From assembly GCA_016930235.1 (NCBI GenBank), contig JAFGHI010000021.1, positions 56,810 through 120,809 of the forward strand: DNA of 64,000 bases, written 5' to 3'. Below the pieces are notes generated by a model. It worked only from the letters and a program-made list of their open reading frames with translations, did no database searches and was not told the origin of the DNA. The position numbers were made by a program, and so were the translations under genes. This DNA comes from Candidatus Omnitrophota bacterium (GTDB lineage: Bacteria > Omnitrophota > Omnitrophia > Omnitrophales > Aquincolibacteriaceae). Shown here in pieces: positions 29,004 through 37,929 of this stretch (the first letter of the stretch is position 1; the number at the start of each line of letters is the position of its first letter).

Positions 29004-30472
29004 ACGATCACTCCTCCGGCTACACGGCCTGCTTCCAAAAGCAGCTTCTGGAAGGGGCCCGGGATGTAAAAACCCATCACGAAGATCACGATCAAGCCGA
29101 TGTCGAGAACACTGTCCATCAAGAAACTTTTTTCTGATGCCGGAGACTCCTCCGAAGCGCCAAAAGTCATCCCATTGGCGTGCCTCAAAAAACCGATAAA
29201 GATAAGCGCTAGTAAAACGAGCAAGAAGACGCAAGGAATAAATTTCCCGGCCAGGAATCCTGCGCTTAAAATAAGGAATTCGCTGACAAAAATGCTGAAC
29301 GGCGGCATCCCGGCAATGGCCAAGACACCTAAGAAGAAAATGATGCCCAAAAACGGGTTTTCCAGGAAGATCCCTTTTATCTTACCGATCTCTTTGGTCT
29401 TAAAAAGATAAAGCAGATGCCCGCAACTAAAAAAAAGCATGGATTTTGTGAATGCGTGGTTCACGATGTGAAGGATCGCTGCGTAGGCCCCGAACGCGCC
29501 GCCAAAACCCAGTCCCACGGCCGCAAGTCCCATATGCTCGACACTGGAATAAGCCAGAAGACGTTTATAATCTTTTTGCTCCAGGATAAACGGCGTTGCA
29601 ACAGCAACAGAAAGAACTCCAAATAAAATGAGGAGCGTCCCTGAGAATGCGGATCCAGTCGCAGCTGTGGTCAGAATGTGGAACCTCAGTATTCCCAAAG
29701 TTGCACAGCTTAAAAGCACGCCGGAAAGAAGTGCACTCACGGGGGCTGGAGCCTGGCTGTGCGCATCCGGAAGCCAGGAATGGAACGGCGCGAGACCCGC
29801 TTTGGTTCCGTAACCCACCAGAATAAAAATAAAAGCAAGACGGATAATCTGTGGATCTAACTGTCCGGCCCTGCTCAAAAGGAAGGTCCAATTCAGTAAA
29901 AAAACGTTCTCTCCCGCGCTCACTTGAGCGATCGCCGAATAATAGACCAGGATGATCCCGAAAAGCGCGAGCGCAATCCCGACGCTGCAAAGAATCAGGT
30001 ATTTCCATGCGGCCTCGATCGAACTTTTCTTGTCATCTACGTTGACCAGGAACGCTGAAGCTAGCGTCGTTCCCTCGATCGCGATCCACATAATGCCAAG
30101 ATTATTGGAAAAAACGGTCAAAAGCATGGTGAAAAGGAAAAGATGGAAAAAGAAAGCATACCGTCGAAGCCTTAAAGAAGAGATGCTTGAATCTCCTTCT
30201 TTGAAAAGATATCCCCCCGCATAGACGGCCGAAAGCATTCCTACGCTCGTGATCAGAAGCACAAAGACCGCGGACAGCGAATCCATCATGAGATTCCCGC
30301 TAAAAGCGAACACACGGGGCGACCAGTAAACCCCAAAAACAAAGAGCCATGCTCCGATCGCGGAAAGCACGGCGCCGGTCGTGAACGTCAGTCGCGTCAT
30401 CCTCTTAGGGCAAGGGATCAAACAAAGAAACGCAAAAATAAGGGGCATCCAAAGGACCCTGTCGATCGTCAT
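29000..30472 (-). CDS. antiporter-like membrane subunit (NuoN/HyfF/MnhD family)
   Basis: A 490-aa protein with about 14 TM helices and the conserved blocks AWKYLIL and GLAPFHSWLPDAH. Confidence 0.75.
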   Translation of the reverse strand: MTIDRVLWMPLIFAFLCLIPCPKRMTRLTFTTGAVLSAIGAWLFVFGVYWSPRVFAFSGNLMMDSLSAVFVLLITSVGMLSAVYAGGYLFKEGDSSISSLRLRRYAFFFHLFLFTMLLTVFSNNLGIMWIAIEGTTLASAFLVNVDDKKSSIEAAWKYLILCSVGIALALFGIILVYYSAIAQVSAGENVFLLNWTFLLSRAGQLDPQIIRLAFIFILVGYGTKAGLAPFHSWLPDAHSQAPAPVSALLSGVLLSCATLGILRFHILTTAATGSAFSGTLLILFGVLSVAVATPFILEQKDYKRLLAYSSVEHMGLAAVGLGFGGAFGAYAAILHIVNHAFTKSMLFFSCGHLLYLFKTKEIGKIKGIFLENPFLGIIFFLGVLAIAGMPPFSIFVSEFLILSAGFLAGKFIPCVFLLVLLALIFIGFLRHANGMTFGASEESPASEKSFLMDSVLDIGLIVIFVMGFYIPGPFQKLLLEAGRVAGGVIV

Positions 30473-30476
30473 CGTA

Positions 30477-31136
30477 TTATCCTTTCAAAACGGTCATATC
30501 GTCCGCGTCGATACTTTCAAAAGCATCGCGGATCTTAAAAACAAAAATTCCCATAATCATCGCAGCGACCAACACGTCGAAAAAGATTCCCATCTCGACC
30601 AAAAGCGGCATGCCGAAGGTCATAGTGACAGCCATTAAAAAAAGACCGTTCTCAATTAGAAGCAGGCCGAGAACCTGACTGATCGCTTTTTTCCGGGTCG
30701 TCATCATTAACATGCCGAAAAAGACGGTCGAGACAGCAAGCGGAATGAACTCACTAAAGGCAACCGGTTTCAGGATCTTGCCATCTCCCGTGACATAAAA
30801 CGAAATAAACACAAGCAGAACAGCCAAAAGAAGTGAAAAGGGAATGTTGAAACAACTTTCGACCTCTTTGCGAATCCCGAGCCGCCGGATGATCCTAAAA
30901 AAAACTTGCGGGATCACGATCGTTTTCAGAATAAGCGTCAAAATCGCAGGGACCAACAGATGCTCGACATGGTTCGTGACCGCAATCACCGCAGTAATAA
31001 GCGCGAGTAGGAAAGAGTGCGTTGCGTAGGCACGGATACACGTCCCTATCCGGGAAGACGCGAGGATCCAGAAAGAAGCAATCAGAAGAACCATCCCAAA
31101 AAAATGAATCAGCGAAGCCGCGAGTTCCGGACTCAT
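30477..31136 (-). CDS. HyfE-like small membrane subunit (hydrogenase-4 component E family)
   Basis: A 219-aa protein with 6-7 TM helices. Its position and size match hyfE. Confidence 0.55.
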   Translation of the reverse strand: MSPELAASLIHFFGMVLLIASFWILASSRIGTCIRAYATHSFLLALITAVIAVTNHVEHLLVPAILTLILKTIVIPQVFFRIIRRLGIRKEVESCFNIPFSLLLAVLLVFISFYVTGDGKILKPVAFSEFIPLAVSTVFFGMLMMTTRKKAISQVLGLLLIENGLFLMAVTMTFGMPLLVEMGIFFDVLVAAMIMGIFVFKIRDAFESIDADDMTVLKG

Positions 31137-32083
31137 ACTCCCCTCCCGATCATCAGTTGCCCCAGAAGAGAAAGGATGGCCAGAACAAAAGCCACCGCCA
31201 GAAGGTCCGGGACCCTAAAAAGACGCAATTTCGCAGAATGGATCTCAATCCACCCGATAACAAACGCCAGAAAAAAGACTTTCGCGAGGTAAAGAACCAG
31301 CGACAATCCAAAAGCCAGCGGGTCCCACGAACCCGCAATCCCCCAGGGGAAAAAAAGATCCGACAAGAGTGTCAAAAATACCAGCTGTTTAATCTGATGG
31401 CTCCATTCAATCAGGGCCAGATACCGTCCGGAATATTCAAGGATCATGGCCTCGTGAACCATTGTCAGCTCCAGGTGTGTTGCCGGATTATCCACAGGGA
31501 TCCTTCCACTTTCCGCGATTGTTACGATCAGCAGTGCTCCGAAAGCAAGGCTCGTAAAAAAAAGCATCTGTGTGGGCGATCCGGAAGCGAAATATGAAAC
31601 AATCCCTTCCAGGGACAACGTGTGGGCGCAAAAACCCAAAGAGAAAAAAGCGAGCAGAAGCGCCGGCTCCGCAAGTGACGAAAGCGTCATCTCCCGACTT
31701 GAACCCATACCACCGAACGTAGTGCCAGTGTCCAATGCCGCAAGCGCTAAAAAGAAACGGCCCAAAGCCAGGAGGTAAACAAAGAGGATCACATCCCCCG
31801 TAAAACCAAAAAGAGAACGTATACCTAAAACCGGCAGCATCGAAGCCGCCGCAAAAGTTGACACAAAAAGGACGAAAGGCATGGCATGAAAGATCCAGGA
31901 CGCCGTTTCCGAGATTACCATGTTCTTCCGGAATAATTTCAGTAGATCCGAATAGACCTGGATCAAGCTCGGCCCCACGCGGTTCTGCGAAGCCGCTTTC
32001 ATTTTTTTGATGAACCAGCTAAGCGCAGGCGCCAAAATCGCCAGGAACAAAAGTTGGATAACGGACAAAAGGATCGCCAGCAT
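31133..32083 (-). CDS. NuoH/HyfC/HycD-like membrane subunit
   Basis: A 316-aa protein with 8 TM helices and the NuoH-like blocks RVGPSLIQVYSDLLKL and EYSGRYLALIEW. Confidence 0.7.
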   Translation of the reverse strand: MLAILLSVIQLLFLAILAPALSWFIKKMKAASQNRVGPSLIQVYSDLLKLFRKNMVISETASWIFHAMPFVLFVSTFAAASMLPVLGIRSLFGFTGDVILFVYLLALGRFFLALAALDTGTTFGGMGSSREMTLSSLAEPALLLAFFSLGFCAHTLSLEGIVSYFASGSPTQMLFFTSLAFGALLIVTIAESGRIPVDNPATHLELTMVHEAMILEYSGRYLALIEWSHQIKQLVFLTLLSDLFFPWGIAGSWDPLAFGLSLVLYLAKVFFLAFVIGWIEIHSAKLRLFRVPDLLAVAFVLAILSLLGQLMIGRGV

Positions 32084-34110
32084 CAGGAACGCCCTCCGAA
32101 GAAAAAAAGCAGAAGGATCAGCGTAATAAAAATATAGCTTAAATAAAGCTGGATGTGCCCTGTCTGAATCTGCTTGGCCTTCCGGGATAGAACAGCAACA
32201 AACTCTGACAAAGGTTTATAAACCCATTCATCCACGTGATGCGTAATCTTTGACTCAAAACGCTGTGCAGTCCTGAGCATTGCATGACCTTCATCTTCCA
32301 ACTCCACACGGCGGGTCGGTTGATAGAGAAATGAAAAGATCCGGCGTAAAGGCTTGGAATAACCTGTGGCTGTATACTGCATACGCGGTTCAAGTCCCGG
32401 CATCCCGCAATCCCAGCTGGGACAGATGCGGACAATCTTTTTTCCAAGCAACACCCGCAAAAAGATTACGGCCCCGACCAAAAATGCCGAAAGGATCAAA
32501 GCGATAAGAACCGGGGAAAACTGGCTTGACTCTGAGGGGGATATCAAAAAGGATTTCCGAACCATGGCTCCCATCGGAATATCCGTGCCGGATAAAGTTT
32601 TTGCCACTTTCCCAAGAATAGGCACAATCCATGGAGCCGCCAGGGCCAACCCAAAACAACTCGCGGCCAGGATCCCCATTCCAGCTTTCATGGATCCGCT
32701 CACTTCATGCGCGTGGGCGGCCTGCTCAGAACGGGGCTTCCCTAAAAAGCTGATGCCAAAAGCCTTCACAAAACAGGTGGCCGCCAAAGCACCCGCAAGC
32801 CCAAGAAGCGCGGCTAAAAGCGGTGAAAAAAAACGCAGGGCCGGGCTCGCACCTTCGCATCCCAGCAGAAGCACGATAAAAGTCAGCCATTCGCTCACAA
32901 ATCCATTGAGAGGGGGTAACGCCGAAATCGCAGCCGAACCGATGAAAAAACAAGCGGCCGTCCAGGGCATGTTCCGTATCAAGCCGCCCAAACGCTCGAT
33001 ATCTTTTATGTGGGTGCCAGAAAGAATGGAACCCGCGCCAAGAAAGAGCAGCCCTTTGAAAGTTGCGTGATTTATTACATGATAAAGGGCGGCAATCAGG
33101 GCGAAGGAAGCGTAGAAGGGCTTCTTCGCGGAAGAAAAAACAAGCGCCATTCCAACGCCCAGCAGAATGATCCCGATGTTTTCGATGCTGTGAAAAGCAA
33201 GAAGCCGTTTGAGATCATGTTCCATCAAGGCATAGAGAACACCGAGCAGCGTTGAAAAAATCGCAACCGCAAGCACCGCGGATCCCCACCACGCGGGTAT
33301 CGCGCCAAGAAAGTTAAAAAGGAACAGAAGCAACCCGTAGATCGCCGTTTTGATCATGACTCCTGACATGAGCGCCGAGACATGGCTTGATGCCTGCGGA
33401 TGAGCCTGGGGCAACCAGATGTGAAGCGGGATCACGCCGGCTTTGGTCCCAAATCCGATGAACGCCGCGAGAAAAATAACGTTTTTAAGAACAGGCGGCA
33501 GCGTAACCGCAGCTCCTCTGAATGCATCGAATGAAAAAGAGCCCGCATGGATGTAAAGAAGCAGGAATGCGGCGGTAATAAAAGCGGTCCCCACATGCGT
33601 CATGATCAGGTAAAGCCTCCCGGCAGACAGGGCTTCGGGTCTTTCATGTTCAAAGATCACGAGAAAATAGGACGTAAGAGACATGATCTCCCAAAAAAGG
33701 AGAAAATAGAAAGCATTTTGCACTGTGACCACGAACAGCATCGCAAGAATGAAAAAATTATAGAAGAACCCCAGAAGCGCTATGCTCTTCCTCCCCTGAA
33801 ATTCCCGGGTATAACCGATGGCGAACAGAGAAGCAGCCAATGAAAGAAAAGAAATAATAAGAAGAAAGAAGGCTGAAAAGGGTCCCGCCACGAAGCGTAA
33901 AGCGCCTACCGGGAAACTCCCCTGCAATTCCAGGACCCAGGATCCTCCCGTGAAAAGGATGCCAAGCGAAAAGAGGATGCCCAACGCGCTCGCCAGAACA
34001 GCCAAGCCATGCGTCACGCGGTTCGCTTTTTCTCCGTGTTGTTCAAAAAGAAAACCCGCGATCCCTCCCAATATATGCAGCAACACCTGAACAAAAAATA
34101 ATAATTCCAT
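32083..34110 (-). CDS. NuoL/HyfB/MnhA-like antiporter-like membrane subunit
   Basis: A 675-aa protein with about 16 TM helices and the blocks GVIPLHIWLPQAHP and HATFKGLLF. It is the first gene of the operon. Confidence 0.75.
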   Translation of the reverse strand: MELLFFVQVLLHILGGIAGFLFEQHGEKANRVTHGLAVLASALGILFSLGILFTGGSWVLELQGSFPVGALRFVAGPFSAFFLLIISFLSLAASLFAIGYTREFQGRKSIALLGFFYNFFILAMLFVVTVQNAFYFLLFWEIMSLTSYFLVIFEHERPEALSAGRLYLIMTHVGTAFITAAFLLLYIHAGSFSFDAFRGAAVTLPPVLKNVIFLAAFIGFGTKAGVIPLHIWLPQAHPQASSHVSALMSGVMIKTAIYGLLLFLFNFLGAIPAWWGSAVLAVAIFSTLLGVLYALMEHDLKRLLAFHSIENIGIILLGVGMALVFSSAKKPFYASFALIAALYHVINHATFKGLLFLGAGSILSGTHIKDIERLGGLIRNMPWTAACFFIGSAAISALPPLNGFVSEWLTFIVLLLGCEGASPALRFFSPLLAALLGLAGALAATCFVKAFGISFLGKPRSEQAAHAHEVSGSMKAGMGILAASCFGLALAAPWIVPILGKVAKTLSGTDIPMGAMVRKSFLISPSESSQFSPVLIALILSAFLVGAVIFLRVLLGKKIVRICPSWDCGMPGLEPRMQYTATGYSKPLRRIFSFLYQPTRRVELEDEGHAMLRTAQRFESKITHHVDEWVYKPLSEFVAVLSRKAKQIQTGHIQLYLSYIFITLILLLFFFGGRS

Positions 34111-34202
34111 TTTCTCCTAATGCGACCTCTCAATATTACATCCTAAGTTTTTTTGAATTTTGTGTGTTTAATTTTGTACCGTTTCCAAAAGTGTCGGGTT
34201 TA

Positions 34203-34255
34203 AATAAAAAAAGGTGCTGGGGGATTATACACCCATAACGCCTTTTAGTAAAAAG
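34203..34255 (+). repeat. partial copy C of the intergenic element (A-run, hairpin with GGATTATACAC loop, T-run)
   Basis: AAATAAAAAAGGTGCTGGGGGATTATACACCCATAACGCCTTTTAGTAAAAAG aligns with copy A at 22887-22940. Confidence 0.55.
34223..34251 (-). promoter_or_regulatory. sigma-70-like promoter (TTTACT-17-TGTATAAT) for the complex-I-like operon
   Basis: The minus strand reads TTTACT aaaaggcgttatgggtg TATAAT with an extended-10 TG, about 110 nt upstream of the first gene. Confidence 0.45.
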
Positions 34256-34369
34256 ACCCCTGGGCTCTCCCTTCCGCTACGCTCCAGGGACGGCTTCGGG
34301 TTTCGCCCTTCGCACGGAACCTTGTATCGGCCTCCGGCCGATGGTTCTCGCATCGCAAAGAAACATCAC

Positions 34370-34409
34370 AAAAAAAGGCCACAAGCATTTGACTGCCGTG
34401 GCCTTTTTT
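34370..34409. terminator. bidirectional intrinsic terminator downstream of tRNA-Asn
   Basis: The structure is AAAAAAA-GGCCAC-(15 nt)-GTGGCC-TTTTTT. Confidence 0.6.
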
Positions 34410-34416
34410 GTGATGA

Positions 34417-34489
34417 CTCCCCCGCCTGGGCTCGAACCAGGGACAAAGCGGTTAACAGCCGCTTGCTCTACCAACTGAGCTACAGGGGA
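34417..34489 (-). tRNA. tRNA-Asn (anticodon GUU)
   Basis: The minus strand reads TCCCCTGTAGCTCAGTTGGTAGAGCAAGCGGCTGTTAACCGCTTTGTCCCTGGTTCGAGCCCAGGCGGGGGAG. It folds as a cloverleaf with a 7-bp acceptor stem, a CTGTTAA anticodon loop and a TTCGAGC T-loop. The 3' CCA is not encoded. Confidence 0.85.
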
Positions 34490-34801
34490 ATGAATCTTCA
34501 AATAACAGTGCGGCTTATCTTCGATCCCCCGCATTATATGCACGTACTGTCGTGCGGTCAATCCATGTTGTCACTCGTAGATGGATGGGGTTCTAACTCA
34601 TTCCCGTTCAAGACATTGAGATAGATTAGTCGACCTTGACCCAACATACTGGGCATACATATATGTCATTTTATAGAATCTTATACCAAATACATAATTG
34701 TAGACTCTTTCTTTATTATGCAATTCGACGGTTGATTCGATAGCTTATAACATATTATATATAAAAGAGATATGTCTTTTCTGAAAATGAATTGATAATG
34801 T

Positions 34802-34817
34802 TGGCATGCCCCATGCA
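34802..34817 (+). promoter_or_regulatory. sigma-54 (-24/-12) promoter for amtB-glnK
   Basis: TGGCATGccccaTGCA has the GG and GC elements at the canonical 10-nt spacing. It lies about 50 nt upstream of the amtB ATG in an AT-rich leader. Confidence 0.6.
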
Positions 34818-34866
34818 GTCCTTATAAAGTTATTCGAATAACCGATTTCATTAAAAGGAGCCTTCT

Positions 34867-36177
34867 ATGAATTATTGGGTAAAAATAGTATTCAGCTTAT
34901 TGATTCTAATTCCATTATTATGCTCTCCGTCGTCATTCGCCGCTGCGGTGAGTCCTGAGATGTTTGCGGTCAACAATACTTGGATGCTTGTCGCAACGTT
35001 TCTTGTATTTATCATGCATTTAGGATTTGCGACTCTTGAGACAGGATTGACGCGTTCAAAAAACACTGTCAACATCCTTTTCAAAAACACCCTGATCGTA
35101 GCCATTGGAATCCTCACCTATGCGCTTATGGGATTCAATCTCATGTATCCGGGTGAATTTTCCTTGGGTCAATTTTTCGGGTTTGCAGGCTTCGGTATCG
35201 GAACCGATGCCGCCGGCCTTACCAGTGCTTATAACGAGGGGTATACGTATTGGACGGATTTTATGTTTCAGGCCATGTTCGCTGCTACCGCAGCAACCAT
35301 TGTCTCGGGGGCAGTCGCTGAGCGGGTGAAACTCCACAGTTTCCTTATCTTTTCAACGATCTATGTTGCCATTATCTATCCCTTGGTTGGTTCTTGGAAA
35401 TGGGGGGGCGGATGGCTGGATGAGATGGGCTTTTATGATTTTGCAGGTTCCACACTCGTTCATTCCGTCGGGGGATGGGGGGCGTTAGCTGGCGTTCTGC
35501 TACTCGGCCCTCGATTCGGAAAATACGTCAATGAGAACATCAACCCCATTATGGGCCATAGCATGCCGCTTGCAACGATCGGAGTCTTTCTTCTATGGTT
35601 GGGTTGGTTTGGCTTCAACGGAGGTTCGGTTTTATCGGCCAACCCCGGAATGGTATCTTTTGTTTTTGCCACAACCACCCTCGCCGCCGCCGCAGGCATT
35701 GTAGGAGCGATGTTTACAAGCTGGTCGATTCAAAAAAAACCTGATTTATCCATGGTCTTAAACGGTTGCCTGGCGGGGCTTGTCGGTATTACTGCGGGAG
35801 CCGATACGGTTTCAATCGCATCCTCCGTTATCATTGGATTCTTTGCCGGTATCCTGGTCGTTCTTTCGGTGATCTTGATCGACCGTATCCGGATCGATGA
35901 CCCGGTGGGTGCTATTTCCGTCCATTTAGTCTGCGGAATTTGGGGCACTCTTGCCGTCGGAATCTTTAGCACCAACCCGGAACACAGCTTCGGAGTACAA
36001 CTAATCGGTGTTTTGGCAGCCGGGGCAATGTGTTTTACCAGTGCATTTCTCATTTTTGGCCTGTTAAAACTAACTTTAGGTATCCGTGTCAGCCAGGACG
36101 AAGAACTCCGCGGTTTGGATGTGGGAGAACATGGTATGGAAGCCTATAACGGTTTTCAAATTTTCACAACACAATAG
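34867..36177 (+). CDS. amtB: ammonium transporter
   Basis: A signal peptide is followed by 11 TM helices with the Amt blocks DFAGSTLVHSVGGW and LGWFGFNGGS. An AAAGGAG Shine-Dalgarno is present. Confidence 0.9.
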   Translation: MNYWVKIVFSLLILIPLLCSPSSFAAAVSPEMFAVNNTWMLVATFLVFIMHLGFATLETGLTRSKNTVNILFKNTLIVAIGILTYALMGFNLMYPGEFSLGQFFGFAGFGIGTDAAGLTSAYNEGYTYWTDFMFQAMFAATAATIVSGAVAERVKLHSFLIFSTIYVAIIYPLVGSWKWGGGWLDEMGFYDFAGSTLVHSVGGWGALAGVLLLGPRFGKYVNENINPIMGHSMPLATIGVFLLWLGWFGFNGGSVLSANPGMVSFVFATTTLAAAAGIVGAMFTSWSIQKKPDLSMVLNGCLAGLVGITAGADTVSIASSVIIGFFAGILVVLSVILIDRIRIDDPVGAISVHLVCGIWGTLAVGIFSTNPEHSFGVQLIGVLAAGAMCFTSAFLIFGLLKLTLGIRVSQDEELRGLDVGEHGMEAYNGFQIFTTQ

Positions 36178-36204
36178 TCTTAGATTAAAATGGAGGATGA
36201 AATC

Positions 36205-36546
36205 ATGAAACTTGTCATTGCCTATATTCAGCCGGAACGGTTAACCCCCGTTAAACAATCGCTCTATGATGCTGAAATCTATAAAATGTCGGTCACCAAT
36301 GCCCTTGGGTGCGGACAACAAAAGGGTTATCACGAAAGTTACCGAGGCACCGACATCGAAGTCAATCTCTTGAAGAAAGTACGCCTTGAGATTGCAGTAA
36401 ACGATGATTATGTCCAACAAACGATTGATGCAATCATCAAAGGCGCGAGAACAGGTAAGATCGGGGACGGAAAGATCTTTGTCCTGGATCTGCCGGAATG
36501 CATCCGGATCCGGACCGGCGAAAAAAGCCAAGACGCCATCGGCTAA
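36205..36546 (+). CDS. glnK: nitrogen regulatory protein P-II
   Basis: [13 protein letters not shown], the T-loop YRGTDIEV (Tyr51) and the KIGDGKIFV block are present. A GGAGG Shine-Dalgarno sits 8 nt upstream. The start is set at MKL, not at the ORF-track Met. Confidence 0.85.
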   Translation: MKLVIAYIQPERLTPVKQSLYDAEIYKMSVTNALGCGQQKGYHESYRGTDIEVNLLKKVRLEIAVNDDYVQQTIDAIIKGARTGKIGDGKIFVLDLPECIRIRTGEKSQDAIG

Positions 36547-36584
36547 AGTTTCGCCATCTTCGCCCAGCTCCGGCGCCCACAATG

Positions 36585-36678
36585 CCACCGCTTCGCCCAC
36601 CGCGTAGGTGGCCTTTTCAACCATTCCTAACGTTAGGTTTGTACGAAAAGGCCACCTACGCGGTGGGCGAAGCGGTGG
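36585..36678. repeat. perfect 33-bp inverted repeat with a 28-nt spacer containing a 12-bp palindrome
   Basis: The arms at 36585-36617 and 36646-36678 are exact reverse complements (ccaccgcttcgcccaccgcgtaggtggcctttt). The spacer holds cctaacgttagg at 36626-36637. The structure sits between convergent glnK and a histidine kinase gene. Confidence 0.8.
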
Positions 36679-36684
36679 ATAGGA

Positions 36685-37917
36685 TTAAGAAATAATTTTG
36701 GGGAATGTTAGGATAAATTTTGTGCCCTTGCCAATTTCACTTTCAACGGCAATCTTCCCGTGATGAGCCTTCACAGTCTTATCAATCACCATGAGACCAA
36801 GCCCCGTCCCCTTTTCTCCTTTCGTTGAGAAAAAGGCCTGAAAAAGCTTCGCCCGAACCTCTTCACTCATCCCCTGTCCATTATCCTCAACCGTGATTTG
36901 ATAGGTATCCGGATCCACAGAAAAGACGCGGATACGGACAAAGGATTTCTCTTGGCGGCAAGCCTCAAGGGCATTTTTGACGATATTTAACAATGACCGA
37001 TAGATCGACTGATATTCCATATCAACCTGCGGAAAGTTCTCCTCTACCTGAAAATCAAGTTCTGCATTAAACTGACGGGCCTTCTCCTCCAAGTCACCTT
37101 GGAGTTCTTTCAGGAGATCCTTCGGATCCACTTTTTGGGCTTCAATCTTGTAGTCTTTCGTCAAACTCAGCATCTCATAAACAAAACCATTCATATTCTT
37201 GATCGCTTTTTCCATCCCCTTCATCCCGCGCTTGAGAAATTCCTGATTACCCTTTTCAATCCCCCGCTTGAGCCAATCTGATGAAAAGGTTGCCAGCTGA
37301 ATAATATTTTTGACTTCATGAAGAACCATGCTGACCGTCTGCCCGATCGCCGCAAGCCTTTCCATCTTGATATTCTGCTCATAAAGGAGAATGTTTTTGA
37401 GCGCTCCCGCCATTTGAGCCGCCAGGTTGGCAGCCGCTTCCAAATCCGGCCCCGAAAAACCTTCCGATGCAGAATCACGCACAAAACAGGCAATCCCAAT
37501 CTCGGTATTCCGGACAATCAACGGAACAAAGAGAGCTTTCCCGGTACAAACTGGCTGACCTTTTTGAAAATGCGCCTTCGCCTCCTCAACCAGATTCCCG
37601 GGTAATTGACCGGCTGGATCCGAACTGGATTCTAACCATAATTGATCCTCAGCTCCCGACAAGAAAAGATACCCGCCGCAGGCATGGACAAAGGCCTGAA
37701 CACTTTCGACAAAGAAATCACAGAGAAGCTTCTTGTCGAGGAAGGAATTGTAGATTTTCCCCACTTCATGGATTGATTGATGATCCCGATCCAATGAGCA
37801 CATGGTCGGCATCTTAACGAATGTCGATACGAATTGCAAGCCTCGAACAACATGAAAATATTGTCGTTTCGAGCCATTTCCATTATAATTCATGATCACA
37901 TAAACGAATATTCCCAT
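36685..37917 (-). CDS. GAF-domain sensor histidine kinase
   Basis: It has an H-box (LHEVKNIIQ), N/G boxes (VEDNGQGM and GTGLGLMVIDK) and an N-terminal GAF-like region. The start is uncertain: the ORF track runs to 38022 and would overlap the divergent kinase gene, so I chose the internal Met at 37917. Confidence 0.6.
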   Translation of the reverse strand: MGIFVYVIMNYNGNGSKRQYFHVVRGLQFVSTFVKMPTMCSLDRDHQSIHEVGKIYNSFLDKKLLCDFFVESVQAFVHACGGYLFLSGAEDQLWLESSSDPAGQLPGNLVEEAKAHFQKGQPVCTGKALFVPLIVRNTEIGIACFVRDSASEGFSGPDLEAAANLAAQMAGALKNILLYEQNIKMERLAAIGQTVSMVLHEVKNIIQLATFSSDWLKRGIEKGNQEFLKRGMKGMEKAIKNMNGFVYEMLSLTKDYKIEAQKVDPKDLLKELQGDLEEKARQFNAELDFQVEENFPQVDMEYQSIYRSLLNIVKNALEACRQEKSFVRIRVFSVDPDTYQITVEDNGQGMSEEVRAKLFQAFFSTKGEKGTGLGLMVIDKTVKAHHGKIAVESEIGKGTKFILTFPKIIS

Positions 37918-37929
37918 AGGCCATAAAAA

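Noticed and set aside
27426-29234. 602-aa version of the Ehr large subunit with a 76-aa N-terminal extension
   Set aside because: The extension overlaps the 3' end of the upstream HyfF-like gene and has no homology. The Met at 29003 forms an ATGA overlap with the upstream stop and aligns with NuoC/NuoD N-termini.
34214-34624. ORFs 34214-34624 (+) and 34277-34561 (-) in the six-frame track
   Set aside because: They run through the tRNA-Asn gene and its terminator. The LLYQLSYRG-type translation is the classic antisense-tRNA artifact.
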